From Octopus vulgaris (Eukaryota), in the NCBI GenBank assembly GCA_951406725.2, contig OX597826.1, forward strand, positions 50,840,001 through 50,904,000: a DNA stretch of 64,000 nt. The letters are read 5' to 3'. The translations under genes and the position numbers were made by a program. Below are positions 13,453-27,501 of the stretch, piece after piece. The notes beneath the pieces are model-generated. The model had not been told where the DNA came from and made no database searches. It saw only the letters and a program-made list of their open reading frames with translations. Each line of letters opens with the position of its first letter. Positions within the stretch are counted from its first letter, which is position 1.

Positions 13453-13697
13453 GCCGGAAGTTGTTGTTGACAAGCAACAGCAGTAATTGTATTCACCTCA
13501 ATAGACGTCATTGATTGGTTGAAATTGCCGAAATACGAGAAATTTAACAACAAACAGCTTACAAACTACAGAATTTTCTCAAGAACGCCAAGAGAAAAAG
13601 ATGTTTTATGTGACACATTCTACTAGTATACGAAGTTTAAAAGTGTTTAGTTACAAAAAATTATTTTTTAAATCTGCCGGTCAAAGTGAAAAGATCC
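13453..13697. mobile_element. Single right arm of the GGATC foldback MITE
   Basis: Matches about 6967-7211; ends GAAAAGATCC. Confidence 0.85.
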
Positions 13698-14602
13698 CAT
13701 AAACCTAACTTATACACTTAGTCTAAGAACCCTTTACTTAAAAACCTTTCAGAAAACACACGTGTGACTAGATTTTCGTATTTACCAGCACTAAATAATT
13801 TAAATGCACCCAAGCACTAACTATACTAGCACATTACCCCCACCATAGCAGATATAACTCACAGATAGAACTATAAATATAATATAAACCCTTATGAACC
13901 ATCGGATAATGTATTATAGCTAAACTACCTGATACATCGAAACCCATAGATGCTTACACCCCCTAGTTGATACCTGTATCTAAACACAAACACCCCCAAT
14001 TGTATCTAGAACTGACATAACCTCTTCCCTACAACCAAAATAGAGCAGTATTACGCTATTAAACTAATTAAAATGTACAGGTTTCTCCCCTTTAGCTGTA
14101 CCCAAACAACACCGTTAAAAGTCCCAAACGCATACATATCCATGTTAACACTTTCATTTAACACCCTTTAAAAAAAGACATATAATTAACCCTCTAACAC
14201 AGTGTCACTCCTTGAATATTTAATATTCTTTATCTTACTAGTATACGTTTTTGCACTGAATAACCACAGATAAGCCCAACACCTAGATATCCAACGGCCA
14301 TGTAAACGATTAGCACTTGTCCATTCTGGTCCATGTTTGTCCCTGTTTATGAATTATTCTCTTGCCTTCCGTCAGCCTAAAGATTCCCAATCTAGCTCCT
14401 ATCTTACCATAATACTCGCTATTTAAACACACACCCAAGATATATTATAAAGTAAAACATTACCCACCCATATTAATCCCTCGCATTAGTCACTCCTTCG
14501 ATAGATAGATATATGTTTTATATTCTTTTCTTATTTTGTTCTATATGATTTTCTTCCCATAGTGTTAGTTCCTTTGGTTATATACTGTTTTATATTTAAT
14601 AC

Positions 14603-14838
14603 CTATTTCTTTATTACCCACAAGGGGCTAAACATAGAGGGGACAAACAAGGACAGACAAACGGATCAAGTCGTTTACATCGACCCCAGTGCGTAACTGG
14701 TACTTAATTTATCGACCCCGAAAGGATGAAAGGCAAAGTCGACCTCGGCGCGGAATTTGAACTCAGAACGTAACGGCAGACGAATTACGGCTATGCATTT
14801 CGCCTGGTGTGCTAACGTTTCTGCCAGCTCGCCGCCTT
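14603..14838 (-). mobile_element. SINE family B full-length copy
   Basis: Reverse complement of AAGGCGGCGAGCTGGCAG...AATAAAGAAATA. Confidence 0.9.
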
Positions 14839-15259
14839 CAATAATGACATAAAATGATGTGTAGTGTAACCTGGCGACTGTTTTATATTTAATACCATAC
14901 ACACACACACAAATTCAAGGAGATATATTCTATTTATAGAGTGCATTACCGGTAACTGGTATTTCAACTCGTGTTGCGAGGTACGGGTGGTCTTTAAATG
15001 TCATTGTAATGTATATTTCGTTTGGTAATATGTAAATATTGCAAATCATTATGCGTGTGTGTATGTGTGTGTGTGTCTGTGTGTGTGTGTGCGCGCGGGT
15101 ACGTTTATTTTTCTGTTTTCTTTCATGGCTTCTTTGGTGACGAAAGGCTAGCACCTTTGACCTTTTACTGAGACTCCTCTTACTGATGGTGGGGGAAGAG
15201 AAGTTATATATAGGCCCGCATGCATACACAGATATATTCATACACATAATTACCCGCAT

Positions 15260-15293
<34 letters not shown>

Positions 15294-15837
15294 TAACACA
15301 CATAACAGCGGATACTGCAAGAGCGGCATGAGGTGTTCGTCGCTAGATATTAAAATGTATCGTCCATTAGCAACTATGTAATTTACGCTTGTATGTACTT
15401 AATATGTATATAACATGGACACATGTATAACTCTCACGGAGTGGGATCAGCCGAACCTGTCGATCTGTCTCTGGTTACGTATGACATGGTTACACATAAA
15501 GCAAAAAGAAAGTATGTATGTACGTATGTATGTATTTTGCGACGGTAAAAGTGACTTTTAACAAGACAGCGAAAAGGTGAGATTTTAGAACTAGCATTTT
15601 TGCTTATTGCAAAATCGGCGACTGTATGTCGGCTTGTAACTGCAACTTTTGCAAATTTCCTGTCTCCGTTTGTGGGGGGGGGGCCTTCAAAATTGTGTTC
15701 GAATGTTTTTGTTATTTCGTCTTGATGGCACAATAGCATAAATCTTTTTCTCACATCCGGTCTTTTCTTTACTTTTCGTTACTGAAGAGCGTACGACAGA
15801 CAACCGTCTACATATTTTATGTTCTCTGTTTTATTAG

Positions 15838-16208
15838 TTTCAGTTGTTAGACTGCGGCCATGCTGGGGTACCCCTTGAAGATTTTTTTTTTAATGTGGTA
15901 CTTATGCTATCGGTTCCTTTTTGCCGAATTGCGAATTTGCGGGGGCGTAAACAAACCAACACCAGTTGTCAAGCTGCGGTGGAGATAGACACAGACACAC
16001 ACGCACACGCATACACACACACGCGTGATGTGCTTCTCTCAGTTTCCGTCTTCTAGATCTACCCACAAGACTTTAGTCAGCCCGATGCTATAGTTCAAGA
16101 CACCTGCCCAAGGTACCACGCGGTGGGACTGAACCTGTAACCATGTAGTTGGAAAACCAGCTCCTTTTTACAGAGCCATGCAGGAGCCAATAGCCATGTC
16201 TGCGCCTA
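15838..16208 (-). mobile_element. Diverged SINE family A copy
   Basis: Collinear but mutated match to family A. Confidence 0.75.
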
Positions 16209-16234
16209 TGGACCATGCCTGCGCATATATATAG

Positions 16235-16697
16235 TTCTTCTTCTTAGGTCCGTTGGTGTCTTTGAGTGGCACATGGGGTAGTCAGTGATTGCCAGTTATC
16301 GCCAGCTCTGGCCAATCGGTATGCTTCTTCCCAAGTACTAGGCTGTGTCTTCCTTGGTCGGCCTCTTTTTCTCTTATTTTCCAGTGGCACCCAGCCCATG
16401 GCTGTTTTGGCAATCCTCTCCTCTGCCAGCCTTAGTATGTAAGCTGCAAAATTGGCAAAGCAGCGGCAGTATTTAGAAAACTGAAAATTCGTCTGTACAA
16501 AACAGCAATACTGCCAATTGTGATCTATGCAGCTGAAACCTGGAAGGTGACAGCAAAATCGCCCACCAACTCGAAGCATTTCATCAGCGGTGCCTCAGAA
16601 ACAGCCTAAGAATAATTTATCGAGACAGACTGACAAATGAAGCCATTCTCCACGCAGCAAGAGTAAGGCTCTGCATGCAATTGTAACCGAACGATAA
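16235..16697. mobile_element. RTE LINE 3' fragment with inverted 5' segment
   Basis: Minus 16440-16244 encodes ILRLAEERIAKTAMGWVP..KRKRGRPRKT plus a (GAA)n tail; plus 16441-16697 encodes the preceding part IGKAAAVFRKL..LPIVIYAAETW..LEAFHQRCLR. Confidence 0.85.
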
Positions 16698-16807
16698 ATG
16701 TTGCCTACATATTAATATACGTTTTAATCGACATAGAATAATTACGGTGTAATAACTAAACAAGAGTGTATGCTGACCGATACCTATTCTATGAAATTTA
16801 TTAATGA

Positions 16808-17161
16808 CTAGCAGTATCGCCCGGCGTTGCTCGGGTTTGTAAGGGAAATAACTATAAAGCATTTTTAGAGAGTTATAGCCAAAAAATAGCAAAAAAATGG
16901 GAAAAAAATGATGGTAAATTTTTTTTTTAGAGTTAAAAAGGTCGAGTTGCGTCCCCTAGACAGTCTGTGGTTTGTGTTTCTGATTCTCGACACCATGAAC
17001 TGGGGGAACTTTTCAAAATTTTCGCTGCGTTAGTTTTGAATTATGACATTGGGCTATGTGTGTGTCAAGTTTCATCAGAATCGGTTGAAAGCCGTGGTCA
17101 GGGTCAGGGTACAACCTGACAGACACGCAGACAGACAAACTGCCGTTTATATAGAGAGAGA
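16808..17161 (-). mobile_element. Non-autonomous Helitron
   Basis: 5' TC, subterminal hairpin CCCGAGCAACGCCGGG, 3' CTAG, inserted between A and T. Confidence 0.85.
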
Positions 17162-17691
17162 TTTTGATGTTACATGATCTAAAATCTCCAACTGTTGATA
17201 TCAATATTTTGTATGATCAAGGAATAATAGACTACTGTCTCTGTATCACCGACGACTAATTGTTCTTCTGACACCTCTGCTGAAGAGTGATGAGTTGACT
17301 ATTCGTCGTCGCCAAAAAAGTCATTGCATCGATTACCTGTTTCAGGCGAGCTCAGCGTGGACGGAAACCACACGTCGAGCAAAAGGGAAAAAGCTCTCTC
17401 GATCTCGATTTTCGGCTATTAAGCATCTCGCCTAGAATAACTAAGACTTTACTTCTTAAGTTCATGCATGTCAATATATAGCGCCTGGCATCTATTTAAG
17501 CGTCCCAATTTATTATATTCCTCTTGTAGAGTGTTCTGCAGATATCTTTTACGACCTTTATAAGACAGTTATGCCTTCTCGACCGATTATTTGCATATTT
17601 ATTCTTAAAACATCAAGGTGTGTTCGGACCCAAAATATGCTGGTTGCTGTAGGAAAATAAGTTTTTTACAACGACAGTGTATTCAACATTA

Positions 17692-17758
17692 GCACACGGG
17701 ATTCTGGCACACGGGATTCTGGCACACGGGATTCTGGCACACGGGATTCTGGGACACA
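17692..17758. repeat. 15-bp minisatellite (GCACACGGGATTCTG), about 4.5 units
   Basis: Direct reading. Confidence 0.9.
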
Positions 17759-18269
17759 GAATCAGTTGTCAATATATTTTCTTTCTGTTTTTACGGAATA
17801 TTAAAAGGTTCTTTTTATATTTGTTTTATTTGTATAAGTATAAAGTATAAGGCACCCTTAGATCAGAATTTATTCATATAAAGAAAAAAAGAAAGAAAAA
17901 AAAAAGAAAGAAGGAAGAAATAAAGAAAGAAAAGGCACATTTGATAATGCAACCCTAAATACATTATGTCTGAAAGTAGAATGGAATATTCATGGTTGGA
18001 ACAATTTGAGTCACTGGTCTTTTAGCTCTGTCGGTTTGGAATTAACCACTATTGCCACCGTCGCCGCCACTGCCACCACAAACAGCAACAACAAAATCTG
18101 TCTCAAATTACACAACACCGTGTTTTCGAAAAATACATCGAACTGCGTTGTTCTATTGCATAAAAAAAATGTAAGATATAATAGACACGGCTGTAGCGCG
18201 TTTGATCAATGATCAGCTTTGGTCAGGGATGACCTATGGCTAAACAAATGTAACAGCGCTAACACCATC

Positions 18270-18557
18270 GGCACCACCTCCACCACCACCACCACCACCA
18301 CCACCACCACCATCACCACCACCACCTACACCACCACCACCACCACCACCACCTCCACCACCACCCACACCACCACCTCCACCACCGCCACCACCACCAC
18401 CACCACCACCATCACCACAATCATTGCCACAACTACGACTACCCCTACCATTATCCCCCAAAGCCACTACTACTACTACCACCATCACCACCATCACCAC
18501 GATTGCCAAGACCACCACGACGTCCCCCGCACCCAACAACAAAAACAGCAACAAAAA

Positions 18558-18595
<38 letters not shown>

Positions 18596-18600
18596 GCAGC

Positions 18601-18631
<31 letters not shown>

Positions 18632-18632
18632 T
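18270..18632. repeat. (CAC)n/(CAA/CAG)n trinucleotide repeats
   Basis: Direct reading. Confidence 0.9.
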
Positions 18633-18943
18633 TAACAGTATCGACCTCACTAAGCTGGAACAGCATGCAAAAGTTATCAGCAATGTTCCTGCACCACGGA
18701 TTGAAACCAGATGCTCTGAGTATGTGTGTACTTGACCGCTGATTTAATGTTATGAGCTACAAAGGTTAGAATTGAAAAGTTACAGGTTGTGTCGTGTATT
18801 AGTTATTTACTATTTAGGAATTTGTTTACAGTCTTTCGTAGCTACTTATATCTCCATGTATCCCAAAATACATGAAGATAAGCCATAGTAACATACTAAA
18901 AATAAATAGCAATCTACACACTCTTATATATATACATGCATAT

Positions 18944-18984
<41 letters not shown>

Positions 18985-19032
18985 GCATATATATGTGTGT
19001 GTATGTTTATATATATATATATGATATATACG

Positions 19033-19067
<35 letters not shown>

Positions 19068-19296
19068 TTACATACCTATACTTACACGTGCGTATCTGTA
19101 TGTGTGTGTGTGTATATATCATTGATACGAGTGTTTCATTATATATAACTTATCTAAGAAGGAATTTTTCAATGAAATTACGCAATAAGACCATTCAAAG
19201 TGAATCATGGCCACACGTTTCAACCTCGGACAGTACCATACAATACGCACGTAGTTTATATGTTACCATAAATACTCGCTGTAATATTAAGTATGG

Positions 19297-19329
<33 letters not shown>

Positions 19330-19796
19330 AATTGAGATAGGAGTTGTAAATGCAACCCTCTATGGGATAACGTATATCCAATATACTGCTAGTGAAGTAC
19401 CCAACAAAGTTAATACATAAATGTTATATATATATATATATATACACACGTGTCATCAGCCAGGAAGTAAAACGTTTGCATATTGTTTCTTCAACCTTAT
19501 ACATACATACATACATACATACATACATACATACATACATACATACATGCATGCATGCATGCATACATACATACATACATACATACATACATACATACAT
19601 ACATACATACATACATACTTATACTGGATTGCTATGGTTCGAGGGAAAAGGAATGGAAAAAAAGAAGGAGCCGAAACAGACGTTATATGTGTGTGGACAG
19701 AACTTTAAGGTTTCCTGAATCGATTCAAAAACTATTTCGTGGGATAAGAAGAAACTAAAATTGTCACTGCGTATATGTACGTGATATGTATGTATG

Positions 19797-19830
<34 letters not shown>

Positions 19831-20184
19831 TGTATGTATGTATGTATGCATGTATGCATGTATGCATGTATGTATGTATGTATGTATGTATGTATGCATG
19901 TATGTATGTATGTACGTATGTATGTATGTGTGTGTGTGTATGTATGTATTTATGTATGTATATAAGTATGTAGTTCTTTTCGAGCTTATGCTTTCCATGT
20001 TCAGGGAGTGGGATTGGATTTGTGCAAATCCTTTCCTCACTATAAAAAAATCATCACACACAGGTTTCGCTTGAAAAAAATAAATAAATAAAATGAAGAC
20101 CCATCACAAAGGTGGATGGTCGTAGCCTTCGCATGTGTGGGACTTTCGATCAGACGATGGCAGAACACGAGTTTTCAGCCATCG

Positions 20185-20216
<32 letters not shown>

Positions 20217-20459
20217 TGTATGTATGTATGTATGTATGTATGTATGTATGTATGTATGTATATATGTATGTATGGCTTAGGCCATTTTTTTCTTTTCCTC
20301 ACGTGACCATCTTCCTTTCCTGCACGGACGTTCTAAGGACTGGATGTCTCCTATCTCTCTCTTCTATCTTTTCTCTTTTCAAAGAAAATATATCTCTCGG
20401 CGTTCACTATTTTCCATTCGTTCAGGTCTTACGATCCTCCATTTTTATTTTTGTTCGGT

Positions 20460-22365
20460 GATGACATTTTCGGACAACTGCTTATAACGTGGGTGATATC
20501 TTCGGTGTTTACTCCACAAAGTCTGCATCGGTTGTCACATTTTACTGCTTTTCCTGCGTCTCTATCTCTTTTGTGCATCAGGTATTTGGTTGATATTTCC
20601 TGTTCCTGGATTGCAAACGCATATCCTTCAAAGTGGGCGGTAGTAACAGGCTATTGGTCCAAGATAGACTGTTTTGATGATCAATGTTACTATCATCTCG
20701 GAGTTTTCTACTAACATATCCATGCATAGTCTTCTTATCATATAGGCTCATCCTTTCATCTGATGATATGATAAGTCGTATGACTGCTTTGGGCATGTAT
20801 TCTAGGTTATCAGACAAGGAATGCTGTTCAAGGAGCTGCATTCCAAGTCTTATGATGTTATCAGCCTCATGTATGCAAACTTGGTCAAGGGATGCACTTC
20901 GACACTTGGTGGCTAAAAGATGTTGCTGAGGAGATATGATATGACATTCAAAGGTATTTTGGATCGATGTTAAGCCTCTGCCGCCTTGTTTTCGTTTTAG
21001 GTAGAGGCGGTCTACATCATTGTTTATGTGGAAATTATGTGTGATTGTTTTCACATCAATGGCTCGGATCTCATCAAGCGTCTAATCAAGCAGCCCAAAT
21101 GTTGGTATGAGTACTGGCACTACGGACACATTGTGGGCCACTGTTTTATTGAATGCAGAGAGTTCTGAGGTCCAAATTTTCTTCATTCGGCTATAATATT
21201 CTTTAGTGACGCGTGTTTTGTTACAGGTACCATTGTAAAATATGCTTTCACCCACCCCAAGATACCTTCGTCAGATATAGGGAAAACAGTCAAACCATTG
21301 ATGGAGATGTTGTTAATCTGGTTTATAGTTTCCCCCCTTTTCACAACCATATAACAACATTTATCCTGACCAAACTCCAATCCTACATCTTTTGAGAATA
21401 TTGTAACTAAGTCAAGCCTCTTTTTCATCTCATGTATATTCATTGCATAAAGTTTCAAGCCATCCACAAAGAATCCGTGTAATTTTGGTATTTCTGTTTC
21501 CTTGTGAATCAGTGAGATATCCTTCAGACTTCCTTAAGGGGAATGACAAGGGGTTTACAGAAAGTATAAACAACATCACAGAGAGGATGTCCCTTTTGAA
21601 TATGCCTTTGCGATACTGTATTCTATCGGTGATAATACAGTCACCCTTTGTGTTTAATTTCAAGATGGTGACCCACGATGACGTCAGGTCAGCTATGGTT
21701 TTGACTATTCTCGTTGTAACTTTAGCAAGCTGAAAGGCTTCTAGCATCCATGAGCGGGGAACAGAGTCAAAGGCTTTCTTGTAGTCTAGCCACATTGAAA
21801 CTAGGTCCCTCCTATGCTCTCGCACCTTTGACATCACAATTTTGTTGATCAACAATTGCTCGACACATCCCCAAACACCCTTCTTCCTAGCTGCTTGTTC
21901 TACTGTGATGATGTTACCGGTTCCAAAATGTTCATGGAGGAAAAGGTTTAAGCATGCTGTATTTATCTTATACATTAAGTTCTGGCATACCGATAGCGTT
22001 TTGTCATGTAGGTGGTTCTGTATTTGGAGGTCAATTTTGTCTTCCTCAGAGCTAACCTGTGTGGTATGATATGCTATTGTTCCTTATTGAGCGCTTGTTG
22101 GTACAGAGTGATAAGATATGGTCGGTAGAATGTTAGCTTTCTTGTACCAGAATCCAACAATCAAATCTCTACCAGGTGATTTTCCATCCTGGAGTTTCTG
22201 GATCAGAGTTTCACCATCAATGTTGTATAACTTGGGTGTAACGCAGGGGGTAAATAATTTCTTCGGATTTCTTCCAGCCACAGAGTATCTTGATTAAACT
22301 CTTTCTCTTCACTCCAGATTTTACTCCAGAAGGAGTTTATATCTTCTCTTGAAGAAACTTCTGTG
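20460..22365 (-). mobile_element. R4/Dong-clade non-LTR retrotransposon relic (RT plus CCHC knuckle)
   Basis: GCVEQLLIN, WLDYKKAFDSVP, FVDGLKLYA (catalytic D mutated), DVDRLYLKRKQGGRGL, AIQEQEISTK, CRLCGVNTEDITHVISSC; many frameshifts; endonuclease part not seen. Confidence 0.9.
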
Positions 22366-22727
22366 ATGTTCACTGCTCAACCTCTCATGTCTCTGTATAC
22401 TGCTGTATGTATGCATGCGAATGTATGTATGTATGTATGTATGTATGTATGTATGTATGTATGTATGTATGTATGTATGTATGTATCTATGTATCTATGT
22501 ATGTATGTATGTATGTATATACACACAGACTCAAATATGTGTGTATATACATTTGCATATATATATGCATATATCTAATACATATAGATATAGATACACG
22601 CACACACACTCACACTCACACACACACACACACATATATATATATACAATATGCTGTATACTATATATACATACACAGGCACGCACGCACACAGACAGAC
22701 AGACACACACACGCCCACACACACACG

Positions 22728-22758
<31 letters not shown>

Positions 22759-23061
22759 ACACACATTCCAATATTGCTAAGCAATAATAGAAGGATTTAG
22801 AAATATGACGTAAAAACATTGGCTGGAGTCGCAAATGAACAGTAATTTAGGGTGAATACTGTCCAATCTACATAATAGTCATGTACTTTTACGGCAGCTA
22901 CTTATATACATAATATATATATATCCGTATGTGTATATTGACCGGCTAATAACCATTTTGCCTCGATCTCTCTTATTCAGGTTATCGATTCCTGACGTCA
23001 GCAAGGAGGCTATATATTATTGCATCAGGAAAATAGGAAATATTATTTTTAATTTGGAATG

Positions 23062-23108
<47 letters not shown>

Positions 23109-23227
23109 TATGCTTGCGTTCTTTCTTTGCTTATTGTTTTGGTTTGGTGGAGTTCGGTGGGAAGGAAAAAGAAACTTTGGTTCCTGGGATTTGAGGAAAC
23201 CGTATGCAGAAAATAGAAACAAATTAC

Positions 23228-24132
<905 letters not shown>

Positions 24133-24912
24133 TTATGCAGTCACAGACGAGACTGTCGGGAGCAAGCGAAGATGAACGGCGAGGAAAGTCGACCAAAGCC
24201 CTAAAATAATTGCTAATTGATGAAATGATAAAAATAATCTGGCAGAACGATTGGTAAAGATATTTCTTCTGGCTAATAGTGACCGATATAATAAAAGAGA
24301 AGGGATAATGGGGATAGTGGGAGGTAGCAGTGTGAAGAGATACGGGTGGTGCTTCGGTTAAAGCTGGGGAAGAGAAAGCGTTTGTGTATGTTGTTGGTGT
24401 TGTTGTGAGAGAGAAAGGGACTTGGAAAGGAAGGAGGGTAAATGTAAGATTTTAAGAAATTGAGGAGACAAGAGAAAAGAGAAGGAGAGAGAAATGAAGA
24501 GTGAGAGAGAGAGAGAGAGAGAGCTGGGTGAGAGAAGGAGAGAAACAGGAGGAAGAAATGGAAAGGGAATGAGGGGGAGAAATGGAAGGGGAATGAGGGA
24601 AGAGAAAAGGAGGGAGACAGGATGAAAGAGGAAAGAAAAATGAAAAGAAAGAGAGGTGTGAGAAGGAGGGAGGAAGACGGAGAGAGGAAGACGGAGAGAG
24701 GAAGACGGAGAGAAAAATGGAGGGATTGAGGGAAAGAACGGAGTGTGAGTACGGTGCCAGTTAAAAAAGCAGAAGTGTTAAGATAGTGTGACAGAGTAAA
24801 AGAAACAAGGTGGAGATGTAATTAGTGGACGAAGAGGAAAATGAAGAAGAGAATACGAAAGAGAAAGTGAAGACAGTAGACAATTGATGAAAGGTAGTTG
24901 GAATGATAGATG

Positions 24913-24952
<40 letters not shown>

Positions 24953-24956
<4 letters not shown>

Positions 24957-25152
24957 GGAGAATTCACGAAAAAAAAAACAAAAGACGAAGACAGGTGGTG
25001 TAGAAAACATACAGATGTATTAGTATAACGCTCGGAAATTGAAAAAGTCTTTAACGTTTCGAGCCTACGCTCTTCCACAGAAAGGAACACAGAAAGAAAC
25101 AAGGAGAGAAAAAAATGTGTGTAGTGGCTACCGATCTATCATGGCGAATGGT
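24953..25152 (-). repeat. (TA)n-adjacent Penelope-pLTR-like repeat with hammerhead-like motif
   Basis: Second copy at 57542-57705; CTGTGGA-A-GAGC-GTAG-GCTC-GAAAC-GTT at 25049-25084. Confidence 0.6.
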
Positions 25153-25158
25153 ATATAT

Positions 25159-25218
<60 letters not shown>

Positions 25219-25611
25219 TAACAAAAAAGCAAATCATTTGGCATCACTAAAAAAAACCTATTTAATTTAGATACAGAATATGAAGATATAGAATCTGTTA
25301 CAGCTGTTTCTAGAATAGCCAAGCATGTGGATCATGATAGTGCGTAAAGCTTCCATAAGCTGAATATACAGTCATTAGAAAGGGAGAAGTCAGAAAAATG
25401 TGAAAATGAAGTAATATCCCCAATCTAGGATATTAGTATATTCCAATTTGTCAAAGATGAAGGAAGGATCAGAGTAAAATAGATATGAATTACGCAGTTC
25501 CAATATCAAATAAATAATAAAGTTATAGGTAAGGTCCATTAGCAACTTCAAATGAGAATGTATGATGATAATCCATGGCGAGGAATAGTGTTAGTTACCA
25601 GTTCCACTTTT

Positions 25612-26719
25612 GAATATACCAGTTCAATCCGTTTACTAAATGATGCGCATGCCTTAACTATTTCTTCCTTTTTCATTTTATTGAATGTTCGCTTGCTCGA
25701 AACCTTCAGTGAAGATACACAGTCGTGAGAAGTTGCACTAGATATTGCATCAACAGCGCCTCATAACCAAAAATCACACAGATTTAAATGTGGCGAGCTA
25801 GAGGGCCAGATATTTTGAGGGACAAACACGAGCAATTCCTTCTTCAAAAGGTTTTGCACTCTTTTCGCAGAATGGGTGGACGCGGAGTCCTGTACAAACA
25901 TGACTCGATTTGCATCATAACGCTTCCTAATCTAAGGCAACAAAACTTCTAAGATTTTGAGATACTCTGCTATGTTGATTTTAAAACCCGCTTCAATAAA
26001 ATGAGGAGGTATCAATTTCCCATCACTTGCATCAACTTCAAAGACCATAACGGAAGCCAGATTCTTGCTATGTATAGCCGAAGGAACTTGGGAAGGGTCG
26101 TACGCTATCACTCGTGAGTTTTGACGGTTTGCAACTTCGTCTGCCATGAACTTCGTCTCCGCCACGATGCTTCAGACGACTAAGAAGTTTGGCTTTCAGC
26201 TTGAATGGCTTTGGAGCGGGCAGTTAGGATGTTACGGTGTCTCCTCATGTACGATTTCATATGGAGATCTTGTCTCACAGCCCTAGAAACGGTCATTTTA
26301 CTGATTCCTCAATCTTGAGCCAACTTCGCCGTCGATTTTGATGAGTTCAACTCAATCGATCTTTTAAGTCCTGCTAAGAAGCGAGGCGTGTGTTTTCGGT
26401 TAGTGCCAGAACTATAAGGCTTTCTCCGAACATACTGACTTTTCTTCAAATTGGTTACAACTCTAAAAACAGTAGATCTGGCGTACTTTGTGGCTCTATC
26501 AATCTCCACAGCGCTTTTACCGACGTGGAATAATTCGGCAAATACACTTTATACGGTTTGATTCTTTATTAACATTCATAGTTTGGTCAATTAGAGATTA
26601 AAAAAGTAGTACAAGTAATTATTCAAACTGGTAATATTTAAAATTTAGAGTTCAACAAAATCTATACAATTAGAAATGTACCTATTTGAAAGTTGTCTCG
26701 ATTTACCTGTTACACCTTG
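25612..26719 (-). mobile_element. Tc1/mariner DD37D (maT-like) transposon relic
   Basis: RSTVFRVV HTH, NRQNSR, ASVMVF..ASDGK, FVQDSASTHSAK, WPSSSPHLNLCDF, KACASFSKRIELV; 5' end TA|CAAGGTG at 26719; stops and frameshifts. Confidence 0.88.
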
Positions 26720-26971
26720 TAGAGCGAATTAGGGTTGAGTAGGAATAATACATTATAGTGTGAAGGAAAGACAGAATGGTAAATGCATTAAAGTAGATAC
26801 ATACTAGTCTGTATAGTAAGAGCATGTATGTTGAAAGTACGAGAAGACGAGAGAAAAGGAGATAGGAAGTAGGGGTGCTAAAAAAGGAATATTAGGAGAG
26901 AGAAAGAAAGAAAGAGAGAGAAAGAAAGAAATATAGCGTCACAAAAAATATAAAAAAACTTACTATTAATA

Positions 26972-27441
26972 AAAGTTGGGATGTGTGGCTTTCAGTTACT
27001 CAATAAATGAAAAATGCATTAAATACAACAAAACGTACACGTAGGACAGACACAGAAGGACAGTAATTCTTCATCAGTTATCGACCGAAAAATACTAATA
27101 CTCAGCAGTTTCGTGCCTTTAACAATAAGACTGAGAACTTCGTATATCGGCGGCGCCCGCAAGATTTGCGTAGAATTAGGGATCGAGCGAATAAGACAAA
27201 TACAGGGAGACGTACGAAAGTAAACAAATGTAATTTGAAACGATCAACGAAGACTATAAATAAATGCCACCGATATACGAAGTTCTCAGTCTTATCGTTA
27301 AAGGCACGAAACTGAGTATTAGTATTTTAAAGTCGATAACTGATGAAGAATTACGATCCTTCTGTGTCTGTCCTACGTGTACGTTTTGTAGTATTTAAAG
27401 CATTTTTCATTTATTGACTGACAGAACGCCAAGCACCCAAA

Positions 27442-27444
<3 letters not shown>
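26972..27444. repeat. Foldback element with about 180-bp arms next to (TA)n (inverted pLTR-like)
   Basis: 26972-27153 versus 27265-27444 are reverse complements; each arm carries the CGAAAC...CTGATGAAG motif. Confidence 0.85.

Positions 27445-27501
<57 letters not shown>

Noticed and set aside
17692-17758. CRISPR-like repeat
   Set aside because: Contiguous 15-mers with no spacers in a eukaryotic context.
18219-18742. Poly-T/H/Q ORFs resembling low-complexity transcription factor regions
   Set aside because: Open in several frames on both strands purely because of triplet repeats; no domain or splice support.
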